Assembly: GCA_010909165.1 (NCBI GenBank)
Contig: VJWM01000019.1
Span: forward strand, 682,001-746,000
Length of the DNA stretch: 64,000 bases
Origin: Anthoceros angustus
Taxonomy: Eukaryota > Plantae > Anthocerotophyta
Reading direction: 5' to 3'
The position numbers were made by a program, and so were the translations under genes. The notes beneath the pieces were generated by a model that saw nothing but the letters and a program-made list of their open reading frames with translations, ran no database searches and was not told the DNA's origin. Positions 52,426 through 64,000 of the stretch are shown piece by piece. Positions within the stretch are counted from its first letter, which is position 1; every line of letters begins with the position of its first letter.

Positions 52426-53089
52426 CTAGTTCTTAACTGTGGTCACATACTTTAGTACCAGCTCTATGACCTGTGACACACACCACGACGGCATCCGAAT
52501 GCATGAGGCACTAATCCTACAAGAATCTCCGCAACGTTATACTCCTTCGATACCAATCTCGTCGCAGAACTACGTCACCAAACGGCTGTTCTCCATAAGC
52601 CATACCTCCGGTCTGACCTCAGCTGCCGCCGCCTCCAGAGCCTCGATCTTCACTGCAGCCTCATCCTCAAGGCGCTTCACGTTAGATCCCGTGTTACTAC
52701 TAACCTTGCGCACACACAAACACAGACTGAGAGGCAACGCAAGGACGTGTCGAGCTCAAGCCCAAGCTCAAGCTCAAGACCAAACAGATCCAAATTCATC
52801 ATCCAATCCTCCAATCTAACCACCACCACACCTTCTCCATCTGCTTCTTGAACTCGGCAGCTCGCTGAGCGCGGTACACGGCAACCTCCTCCTCCGCCTC
52901 CTCCGTCGCGCGACGCAATCTTGCAACCTTTGCTGCCAAACTCCAACTAAACCACATCAACTCCCTAACACCACCGCCAAAACCAGCGCTAACAATCCCG
53001 CCTCACATCTCACCAGCTCTTGCACTGGCCACAATCTGCTGCGCCTCCTGCTCCGCCGCCAGCAGCATCCGGATCCCGCTCTCCTCCAT
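52426..53089 (-). CDS. VHA-G: V-type ATPase subunit G. Exons 53089-53014, 52932-52832, 52704-52606, 52470-52426 (in-frame upstream ATG at 53101)
   Basis: Spliced translation [49 protein letters not shown]...GSNVKRLEDE...VIELVLKYVTTVKN*. Not in the ORF track. Confidence 0.93.
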
Positions 53090-55008
53090 CCCGTCTCGCA
53101 TCAACTCACTTCGATCCAATCCGATCCCGATCCACCAGATGCCGGATCCCGCCACCGCCTTACAGCCGCACCACAAACCGCGTAACGGTTCCGTTTTCCC
53201 TCACCAGAATCCCGCACCACACATGTAACAAAATATACCATAGCCTAACATAATCCGATTCCCCGCCAAGGCGAGGGGCGTCAGCCATCCAAGTGGCCCG
53301 TCCTTCCACGCGTCACAGCCACGCGCAGGAGCGTGCTGGGCACCACGAGCTGCACCGCCTCTGCTCCAGTCCTCTGGCCATGGCAAATCCGACCAATCGC
53401 AACACTGGCCCCCGCCCCGGGAACCGGGCACCGAAAAATGGGCCACCCGGCGCGCCTGGCGCAACCCATTTCGCCAGCCCTCACAGTCGCCCCTGTCGTG
53501 ACTGACAGCGCCATCAGGGCCCCAGCCACACACGCCCTTATCGCACTGGCCCACCTACCCAGCCTGTAATGACGAGCTCTGGCAACCGGCTCGCCACCGG
53601 CGCACCGCACACCCCCAGCCTGCAACCCATGTATTCCATAGGAGACGCTTTCACACGTCTCAAACTAGCTACTGCCTAATGGATTTTGTTTTTTGGGTGC
53701 AGGTCATTAGTCCAATATTAAATTATTTTATAAAATTATTAATTTAATATATATAATTAGTATACATACATAACTAGAATTTAGGTATAAGCAGGAATAA
53801 AAGTCCGAGCACGGTGTGCCATTCTGGTTGTTGTGTGATCGTTTTACAAGTTATTTTCTGTGATAAACTACTTGTCTATGATAGAAATATATTTTTTTTA
53901 TCGAATGAACATATCAACTATGGTATTAGGAGACATTCTAATTCATCACCATAGTTCTTTGATGGATGATTCCTTGGTTGAAAGAGTCGTTTAAGGAAAT
54001 TCTTGTTGTTGTTATTGTATAATGATCACAATCAAAGAGTGGGTAATCTACTTATGTACACAGGTCATACCAACATTGTACCAAACTTAATTCCAAAACG
54101 TTAGGTGGAGACTTGATGTAAAAAAATATTCCTAAACAAACTTGGTAGAGTTTTGGACTCCCAATATATCGTAATCTTTAGTTGTTTTACCTGTATAACG
54201 TGATAACGTAGGAGAGGTCACAAACCTGCCTTCTTTTCTCTGTGAGGAGTCTGTTTACGGCATTAAAAATAAGCATCGGCAGCCGGTTGATGCGAACTTG
54301 GACTTAGAAGGTGGAGGAAGGCCATGGTATTTGGGCGTGGGGCCGGGAGCGGGCCGGCTGCTACTGCTCGCGTGGCTTCTTCTGGCTTCCCTGCTGTTGT
54401 GGCCTCGTCCGAGCGCTCACGCGGGGAATTTTCTCTTGGTCGACGGCCCGCACAGTTCCTGTGCTGCTGCCGCGGCAGAAGCTGATAGAGAGCGCAGCAG
54501 CGGGCGATCCGAGTGAGGCCCTGGCGAATATTTTCGGAGTGGAGGGGAGGCGTGTGGGTCGGACTGGGCGTGGCGCAGCGGGAGCGAGGAAGGGCGGAAC
54601 CCTAAGGAATGAGACCGGATTGCAGATGGTGCTGTGGCGTGCGGGCTGCTGAGGAGGAAATTTGGTGCGGTAGGGTGTGGAGGGCATCGGAGGATCTTCT
54701 TGGCGGGGTATTGTGCAACTGCGGATTGCACGGATTATGAGAATCGGAGGGAGTGAAGGGGGTGCTGGATCGGGGCGGAAGGGGCCGGGTGCGGGAGGCT
54801 GGTGTGGGGAGGATGCGAGTGTGGATGCGGGTTGGGGTTTGGGAGTGTGTAGGAGCGTGATGGCAGGGTCCTTCGGAGCGGAGGAAGGCTTTTTGTGATG
54901 GCTTGTTTCTTGGCCTCAGGAGCCGATGAAGCCTATATATGTGGCGGGCGCGGGGCTGTGGTGTACGCAGTTGTTGTATGATACGCATTGCGTTTATGCT
55001 CCGAGGGA

Positions 55009-58000
55009 ATGTCACGAGACTGGGATGAGTCCTCTTGGGCCTGCGGAGGAGGTGTGGCTGCCAAGTCACTGCGACGCTCCGCCACCTCGTCTCCCGCGGG
55101 GGGGAGCAAGAAGAGTCCTACGCCGCAGATATTTCCTCCCGCTAATCTAAGGCCCAAGGTTGAGCGTCTGACCTGTTTAGGCGGTTTAATGGAAGGTTGA
55201 TTAAGATGCTGTAGCCGGTTTGAGCAGTTTTGGGGTGGGTTAGTGTGCTAGATGGTTGGGAAGGGACTGACTGGGTATTGCTAATCTCTGTTGTTGCAGG
55301 GATCCAAGAGGCTGAGGCGGGACAAGTGGGAGGCAGCATTTGATGGTCAGGGGAGGCCTGTGGGATTTCGGAAACTGTTGAAGAGCATTGTTGCGGGGGT
55401 TAGTGTTGGCTGAAACTGCTTTTGTCTGGTCAAGTTGATGGGATGTGGCTTGGCTGGACCGGCTGACCTGGGTCTGAAACTTCTGCCTGATGTGGCAGGG
55501 TGTTGACCATTCTATCCGTGGCGAGGTATGGGAGTTCTTGCTCGGTTGTTATGGTCTCAGCTCGACTGCGGAATCTCGCCAGCATGTTCGCCAGGCCCGC
55601 CGGTAGGTGGATGTTTTTTTTGTTTGTATGAGGTTTGTGGACAGAACCATGACGCGTTCCTTTTTACGTACATTTGCTAAACTTTGTTGTCTGTGTTCAG
55701 ATTGAGATACAAGGAGCTCATTCGCGAATGTCAGTCCATGCACTCGACTGTAGGTACTGGTTCTCTTGCCTACACGGTTGGGAACAAAGTCATGGATATG
55801 AGAGTGACGTCCCAGGACAGCGCAAAGCAAGATGCAAAGCTCGGCATTGAGCACATGTCACTGGATTCGCAGTTGGGACTGGATGCTGGCAACGACCAAC
55901 AGCCTAAGTCACCGCTGGTTCAAAAGGCTTTAGCAACAGTAGTAGGTATTACTACAGATTTTGACTTGTCTGGAGATTTTGGTAGTGCAAGGGGCATGGA
56001 AAGCGTGGGAGTGTCTGGTCCTATATCAGAGCCATTGTACGATTATTCAGGTCCCAGTGATCATGCAGATGACGATGCAGAGTCAGAGGCCAGCGATTTT
56101 TCGTTTGGCAATGTTGATGACGTAGAAGAGTTGCCATATCTGCCTACAGTGGACCTCTTTGCAGAGGATAGGAAGAAAAATATTGGAAAATCTCATAAGC
56201 GAGCCGCTCCAAGACAGAAGATCTCAATTCAAGAGAACTCAGCTGGAGTTGCTGACTTATTAGCAGTGGGAGAGCAAAAGCATGTAATCTACCAGGTCCC
56301 CATCAAGTTTGATACAGAGCCAGCAGATTCTGGTTCTGTTCGGGCCTTAGATGTTTTGGGAACTCCATTTCGAGATGTTGCATTGCTGAACTTGGAGGGT
56401 GGATTCCAACAGAGTCCAAAGCCTACTGGAAGTGCTGCAGTTTCTAACTTCTCTGCTAAAAGGGAACCCACGGAGGAGCAGGTGGCCGAGTGGCTTTGGA
56501 CACTGCATAGAATAGGTATGGTCACAAATTCCGCTTCAAACTTTGTTTCGCAGAGTTGGAGATGATGTTAGCGTTTTTCTTGAGCCTGATACAGTGGTCT
56601 TGTGGGTGTGTTGTAAAATTGTCTTGGTGCCAGTTGTGGATGTTGTCCGGACTGATAGGCATCTTGAGTTTTATGGTGAGACAAAAAACCTGGCTCGGAT
56701 GTCGGACATTCTTGCAGTGTATGCGTGGATTGACACCTCCACTGGGTACTGTCAAGGTAACTGGCTTCTGCCTCACATGATACCCTCGTTTTCTTTTTTT
56801 CGCTCAAGGCAGCATAATGTATGCCAGTCATATAGGCTCAAACACAAACACATGTCTATTGCTCTTAATATATCTAGTATACTCCACAAGCTCTGTGCAA
56901 TACACTCCTGACCAGTTTGTTGCTTCTCCAGGGATGAGTGACCTGCTGTCGCCTTTTTTAGTGTTGTTTGAAGATGATGCCGATGCCTTCTGGTGCTTTG
57001 AGAGCCTCCTGAGGCGAGTGGTAAGAACTTCTGTGCTGAGAATTTTCAGGTTTTCTGGATGTCTAGCACCAGTGCCGTCATTCAGGCTTTGTAATACCTC
57101 TGTTGACTTTTGTAATCTCAGAAACAAAACTTTCAGATGGAAGGTCCCGTTGGTGTTATGAAGCAACTAGAAGCTTTACCAAAGATTTTGGAGCTGACGG
57201 ATGCACAGATGTCAAGGCATTTTATAAATGTTGGTGCAGAGAGTTTCTTGTTTGCATTTCGTATGCTGCTTGTTCTCTTTCGTCGGGAGCTTTCATTTGG
57301 TGAAGCTCTGTATATGTGGGAGGTGAGTTGGCCTGCATGAAATCCTTCCGGTTGGCGAGGTCATGTGCATCTGCATCTTTTCTCTTTCTCTTTGCTGACG
57401 TGAGGTTTCAGTGTTGAAGAAAGCTTATTCTTATTGTGCTTTGTGCAGATGATGTGGGCTGCTGACTTCGACCAGTTCATGACTTCTACTAATGAAGGCT
57501 GCACTCCGGAAGCTCTTTTGTTCAGATCCCCATCCATGTCGTTACAAGAGCGTATGAAGGAAGATGATCACAGCCCTGTGGATTTGAAGCTGCATTCCAG
57601 GTCTCCATATGGTAGCCCAAAGGAACATGGAAGTGATGCCAGTGGCCTCAATCTGCTTGCCAAGAGCCCCTTTTGTGGCTTGCGTCCAAGTATATGGGCA
57701 AGGCCTAGCCGACAGAAGCCACTAAAAGCGGGTCCATTTTGGAAGAACGGGGATGAAGAGCTGTCAGTGTTCTGTGTTGCCGCTATTTTGGTGATCAACC
57801 GGGCAAAGCTCTTGAAGGATATTCAATCTATGGATGATGCGGTCAAGGTCAGTAAGATACTATCTCCTGCCAAGTGCTTCCGAGCTTCTGTTTAAGAGTT
57901 GTATGTTGCACCTTGTGTATCGTCTTAGGCTCAAGATAATTTTTTTAGTTACTGAGTTTGAAAAACATCATTTGCTTGACGGTGGAGCTCAAACTAAGAG

Positions 58001-58379
58001 CTTTTCTTTGGTGGGTTTAGGTATTCAATGACATGCAGATGAAAATCAGAGTGCACAAGTGCATAAAGACAGCATTAAGCTTACGAAAACGGTACCGCAC
58101 ACAGGTAGGTCAAAAGCTTTGGCGTGTACCTGTTAACATTGTACGGTAGTGGTGGAGGATGTTGTGTTCCTGTCAGTTTTTCTTTCCAAGAATCAGACAC
58201 TGGAAATTTTGGCTCTAGTGGGTAGAGCTCCAGAACCTCCAGTTGCCGAGCTGATATGTGATGCGCTCAGTTAGCATGGGGTTTTTCTTGTTGGTTCTAA
58301 CAAGCAGTTGCGGTGTGCCTTGCTTGTCCAGCTTGTAAAACGACCTTCCTTAAGGAGATCTGCGTCCATGAAATTGTGA
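55009..58379 (+). CDS. TBC-domain Rab GTPase-activating protein (multi-exon)
   Basis: GVDHSIRGEVWEFLLG, WLWTLHRI-VVDVVRTDRHL, GYCQGMSDLLSPF, FAFRMLLVLFRRELSF and FCVAAIL. Start codon and last exon are less certain. Confidence 0.92.
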
Positions 58380-59734
58380 ATTCATGGGAAATGTTGTCTG
58401 CTTCATTATCCGCCTCGTGATATTGAAGTCATGTTGATCTAACCGAAACGGAAGATCAGCAACTACGGCTCTTCAGTCCAGGTGGATGTAGCTCAGACTG
58501 ATGATTCCCACTTGTACATTTAGTGAGGTGAATGGGATAAGCCCCATAGACGGTAGTCAGCGGGTCTCAAGTTCAGAACTGCTGACCACCTGCATGATTC
58601 AAAAATGAATCTGAGGCCAAAACTAGGTTTCTGGATGCTCCCAAGGAGCAGCTAGTAGTATAGGAACATTGTTCATTGTTCTTTACCACAATTGCAAGGC
58701 AAACAGCCGGCCAAAACATGAATCCCGAAGTGCAGTGCAAGGTAGCATCCTACCGAGAAACTGATGGATTTACTGCATACTGTATGCCCCTACACCTCGT
58801 GACATTACAGAAACTGTTACCTGGCATACAACAGCGGGCTCCAGTGTGGCGAATACCAAGTATGCCACGGTCATATGCCAGTGGACTGGGAACGTGAGCA
58901 GGAAAGTGGGCACAGCCTGTTCCCTACGTGCATATACAAACATTCTTCTAATCCTGGAAGCTTCTGAAATGAGAGTCCTGTTCCAAGAATCTAAGCGCAG
59001 TCGGGTACGCCAGTCCAAGGCTGATGAGCGCATGCAGGCAGCAGCAGACCTTCTGGGGCAGATAAGGAGATGGCTTTCCTGACACTGCTTGCTACAGCGG
59101 TCTCATTTCCAATGTTTGGCAATCCCTGGACAGCACCAGGACTGGAACTTGTCGATATATGAATGGGCTCCATGTACCGCTGACTGCAATATGTGAAGGT
59201 ACTTGGTTGAGACCATCCCGATTCCCGAGGGGCCTCTTCTGGGTCACTGCGCTGGCAATCGTGATCTCATGAGGTATCCTAGGCTCCCTGTCAGCAGTTT
59301 CTGGAGCAATGAAAGGTGAAAGCTGCTTGAAAGTTGGAACAGACTCATGTACCTCTAGGTGTGCGCCTCAAGGTTTCTTGAACAAAACATAAAATTGGAC
59401 CGCATATGGTGAAATCCTACAGCGTACGGTTTCGGTCAAGGAAGACTCTTTCAATGACTGTAGACACTGCTTCTTCGAGTTGGGGAGCTTACCCGAATTT
59501 TCTTCAAATTTGTATCTTTTATGCAGGTTCGCTCAAGATCCCAAGAGCAATCCAAAGACGATGGAAATCCCAGACACACAAGCAAAGTAACGAGAAGTTT
59601 TTTGAATTGCAGTTGCATGCCTAAACTTAGCGACTTGTGACAAAAGGAATACCTATACACATGCGCAGATTTTTGTCTCCCTTGTCTTCTGTCTGGATGT
59701 AGAGAACAGAAATTATATACACGAAAATGACAGA

Positions 59735-61965
59735 ATGTTGTCGTTTAAGGTTTTTGCCTTGCATGCCAGGGCTGTGGCTCGTCTATCAAGAAAGGGAGTT
59801 TGTCACGGAATGTCCACTTGGAGGTGTGTGAATGGCACATGCTGGCTAGCTGCGTTTGCATCACACCAGCGCGTGCCTGCTGTTCCAGCATCAACGATGA
59901 ATTGCACCACCTCCAATCCCTTGCGGGGGGGGAAGCTCAGCTTGCCGTGTGCCCCTGATCGCTGCAAAGCTGGAGTTGCTGATGCACTCAGATCCCCATT
60001 TGCTTGTTTTAGCACGAGGGTCGCTGCACCATCCGGCAAGGTTGCCTGCTTTACAAAGCGTAGATGGCAGCATCTTACGGCCAAGGAGAATGTGAGACAA
60101 CAGCCTGGGAGAACCGGAAGGGCAGCTGGAGGGACCGTGGTGAAAGCCTTCGCCGGCTCTTCTCCTTTAATTGCGGCCTCTGATCACTGGGGGACATGGA
60201 CAGTGCTACTCACGGCTTCTGCATTCGGGCTATGGTGAGTGTGTGTCTGAGGTCTTACATTTTGGGGGGAAGGAGATGTCGTTTTTCCGGCACTTTAGCT
60301 GCTCTGTACAGGCATAGAGTTTCTTTTCAACATGCGTTGGACGGAGTTGTTCTTCATTGCCTGATGATTGCAGACGCAACGCTTAGGACTGCTGTGTATC
60401 TTACGCCATTTCTGATGAAAGGTCAGAAAAAACAAGATGGGGGAGCACTTTGAGCGGAGCACTTGTCAGCACCCTGGCTGGACTGGCAGCCAGCAACCTA
60501 GGCATCATCGCTGCTGAAGCCCCAGCCTATGCAGTGGTCAACGGATATCTGTTGCCCCTAGCAGTGCCTTTGCTGCTATTTGCAGCCGATTTGCGGCGGG
60601 TGCTCATGTCTACTGGCCGCCTGCTCCTTGCCTTCTGCCTAGGATCTGGTAATGCTGACTGTCTCCTGGCCTGTAGGGCTCCTCTAGTGAATAAGCATGG
60701 TAGATGTCCACGTTATTTTTCAGGCCTTTTGTGCAGCAGGCCTCATCTGTTTCTTGTACTGCCTGGCAGTGGCAACCACGGTTGGGACATATTTGGCCTT
60801 CCTGATGATTCCATTGCATTCTCTCGGCCCTGACAGATGGAAGATTGCTGCAGCACTCATGAGCCGTCACATTGGTGGAGGCAGGTTTCTCACTTTCCCT
60901 TTGACTGGTCCAACGAGAGTTGCTCTTTTCTCTTTGCCTATGCAAGCTAGTGAAAGAAAAGTTGATATACCACTGGGCGTCTGATTAAACTTTTGTTTTA
61001 CCTTGCCTTGAGGTGCAGCTGTGAACTATGTCGCCGTGAATGAGGCGTTGGGTGCATCATCCTCAGTAGTGGCTGCAGGGTTAGCGGCTGACAACTTGAT
61101 ATGCGCTTTGTACTTCACAACTTTGTTTGCTTTGAGCTCTTCAATCGCTGCCGACAGCGATGATTCAACAGTTGCAGGTGCTCGGCCTGCCATTCTCACC
61201 TTTTAGATGGATGTAGGAAGACAAGCAAGCAAGCTGGAGCCTCTTCTGTGAATTTGCCGTTGGGGAACTAATCTTTTGGTCTGCGACTTGACAGAAAGCG
61301 ACGTCAAGCCATCAGGGGAAGGTGGTGAATTCAGAGGCAATATTCAAGTGCTGCAAGGAGCCACAGCATTGGCTGTTGCAGCTGCAACCTGTGCAGCTGG
61401 AGTGCAGCTAGCAAAGTTATTGAGCTTCACCGGTGGAAGTATTCCTTGTATAACAGCAGTTGTTGTCATTTTGGCAACCGCATTCCCGACCTGGTTCGGT
61501 AAATATGCTGCTTCTGGAGAAGGATTGGCCACTATCCTTATGCAGGTAAGTGGTTGAATGCAGCAGACAGTTCTGTGCTTCCTGCCCGCATGCGTCATTA
61601 CGCTTGTTAATGCTCATAGCCGTTCCTTTTCTTGCACGCAGGTATTCTTTGCCACTGTTGGGGCCAGTGGCAGCATAGCAAGCGTTATCCGTACGGCGCC
61701 CTCCCTGTTCGTATTCAGCCTTGTGCAGGTTGCGTTGCATGTCATCATCATTCTTGGCGTGGGGAAATTCGTGGGCTTCGATCGGAAGACCCTCCTGCTA
61801 GCATCCAATGCTAATGTGGGTGGCCCCACCACGGCAGCTGGAATGGCCTCGGCGAAGGGCTGGAAATCTCTCCTTGTTCCGTCCATACTCGCAGGGATAT
61901 TTGGCATCGCCATAGCCACTTTCGTGTCCATCGTCTTTGGAATTACAGTGTTGAAAAAGATGTGA
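59735..61965 (+). CDS. DUF819 (YjcL-like) membrane protein with organellar transit peptide
   Basis: DHWGTW..L.ASAFGLW-SEKT, SGALVSTLAGLAASNLG, RHIGG-AVNYVAV and ASNANVGGPTTA.GMA..KGW. Confidence 0.92.
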
Positions 61966-62965
61966 TTCCCAGGGCACCATGTGTGTGCCACTGCCCAGTG
62001 GAGAGCAGCCCACATTTGTGCCCAATGGTTTGAGATAGGATAATGCGCGTACGGTGTTATGCGATGTGGGCTCCTTAGATATTGGAGGCCCTGATAAACA
62101 ACAATTTCCACCGTTTGGTATTTGATGGAGCAGGCGAGTCGCATGGAATTCCCAAGTGGGTGGCAGCACTCTGGTACAGATATGCGGGTGCATGGGAGAC
62201 ATGAGAATATTATATTACCGGAGCGCACGTACACATCCCAATGAAGAGTTGTTTTTATGACTATTCCCCAGCAGTGAAGGCGGAGCAAGAATGTCTTCCA
62301 GTAGGCATGGCAGACACGGTTGGTTAGCGGCAGCAGCCCGACAACGGCTCCCAACAGTGGGTCGCCTAGGCACGTCGAATGTCGTCGTCTTCTTGCAGAT
62401 TCCAGCAGTTATTCAATCAGTTATCACATTGCACAAACGGCTGGCGCAGGTTTCATGAGACACGCACTGGAGTAGGCTGGCTAGCTGGCCGGCTGGCTAT
62501 CATGTGCGCTGCGTGCAACACTGCCCTCGGGCTACAGACTCCCGCCTCCGTCCTCAATCCCGAGCTGGCAGATTATACGTACTCCACATCCATATGTACA
62601 TTCACCTTAGAGTACAGTGTATGTACATAGCAGAGTCGCGCCCTGGGCCCTGGCGCCAGTGGGAGTTGGAACTTGAAACCGCAAGTAGACATTTATGGAC
62701 AGGAATCTGGGAGTACTTCGTCAACCCGCCGGCCATGTGATCGTCGTGCTGGGTACATCCGATAAAGCAAGTTACCGTATGGGAAGGAAGGGCCATGGGA
62801 TCATGGGTTTGTTTAGAGTCAGCACTGTTGGATCATCAGGTGCCTTGCACTTCCCTACTTGCCGTGATCAGTCCCTGCCGTGAGGCCCAAGGTATCCCAG
62901 CCCAATCTCCAGGAACTTCTTGCATGCACTATCGACAACCTCCACTATGGACTCATCAGAGCCTG

Positions 62966-63026
62966 GCAGCAGGCAGGGGCAGGCAGGCACGCAGGCAGGC
63001 AGGGAGGCAGGCAGGCAGGCAGGCAA
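62966..63026. repeat. (GGCA)n microsatellite
   Basis: Directly visible. Confidence 0.85.
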
Positions 63027-64000
63027 GCCGGCGGGCAATGGGCATCAAGAGAGAGACCCATAGTGTTATCATGGCACACCCAGCACCGTCGATGATGGAA
63101 AGCCAACAACCAACAAGCCGGGGCCGGGGCCGGGCCCGGTACTGTTTTGCCGACAATCAATGTACAGGGCTCGTCCAAGGACCCCAGTTTATGGTATCTA
63201 ATGGAGTGAAGGACGCGGTACGAGCACACGCCCCGGGGAAGTGTGGAGTGTGACCGCATGCGTGCGGCGGGGCCGGCTCGGCTTCCTCCGACTCAGGGAC
63301 GGCAATGACATTCGCAACTGAACAGTTACACAAAGTGCATGCGGCATGCGGCACGCCCAGTTTGGAGGATGCCCAAGGCCCTAGTGCCCGACGCCTGGGG
63401 TGGATGATGGATCAACTGTGGATGCCCCTCCTGGGCCTGGCCTGCCCTGGCCTGTGCAGCTGTGCTCTCTGTCTGTCGGTGCCGCCTGTTCCGTTCCCAC
63501 GTTCGCTTTGGCCGCATTCGGAGACCTCCCCAATACACCGCCTGGAGGCTGGCTGTGGGTGACGACGGAATGCAACAGGCGGTACGACACAAGAGTGCGC
63601 GCGAAAGCGAGGGGCGCGCGCGCCGGGCACGAGCCGGGATACGGATCCCTGATCCTTCCGCCCGCCCGTCGACGTCGCCGCTGCTCCGTCCGCTCCGCTA
63701 CCGGTCCCCGTCCCCGTCCCCGTCCCGCTGTGGGCCAGTCCCCCGCCTCCGCCTCCGCCCACGCCCCCGCCCCCGCCCCCGCCGCGGGGTCGTGGAAGCT
63801 GCCTACCAGTTGCCCGCACCGTGCACCGTGCTCTGGTCGCCATCGCTCCACGGCGACCCACCTGTCCCCGCTGACGCGGAAAAGCTCATTTCCATCTCCT
63901 TCTCTTTTAGCCTCCAACTTGTGTATCATTTTGTCCGAAGCGAAGGTTTTTGTCAATCATTCCTCACGTTTCAGCCGCATTAAGGCTTTCTGTTTTGGGA

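Noticed and set aside
58400-59650. Possible decayed coding sequence between the TBC and DUF819 genes
   Set aside because: No consistent frame or family signature.
62380-64000. GC-rich ORFs at the window end
   Set aside because: Low-complexity, promoter-like sequence with microsatellites and no protein motif.

Overview
Nuclear DNA of a compact-genomed land plant (short GT-AG introns, GC-rich exons). The gene style suggests a non-seed plant such as a hornwort, but that is inference. 1-25 kb is TE-rich: a Ty1/copia remnant, a LINE 3' end, and Ty3/gypsy integrase plus chromodomain, a GC-rich extra-ORF region and an LTR. This part holds a tandem cluster of secreted legumin/11S-like bicupin genes: two intact paralogs and one pseudo-exon. 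The intact ones are Met-rich, carry a very long Arg/Glu insert, keep 11S-type intron positions and share a conserved RY (CATGCA) promoter block, making them a candidate spore storage-protein system. Two AT-rich islands hold intronless, highly diverged transcription-factor genes: a TFIIB derivative, and an AP2/ANT-like gene between ~0.9-kb direct repeats. Housekeeping genes are SRP receptor beta, RPL3, a methylesterase, a KNS3-homolog, a GT14-like/DUF266 glycosyltransferase, V-ATPase subunit G (absent from the ORF track), a TBC RabGAP and a DUF819 protein. Two indel-riddled tandem duplications look like long-read assembly artefacts. All assignments come from manual motif recognition; no searches were run.
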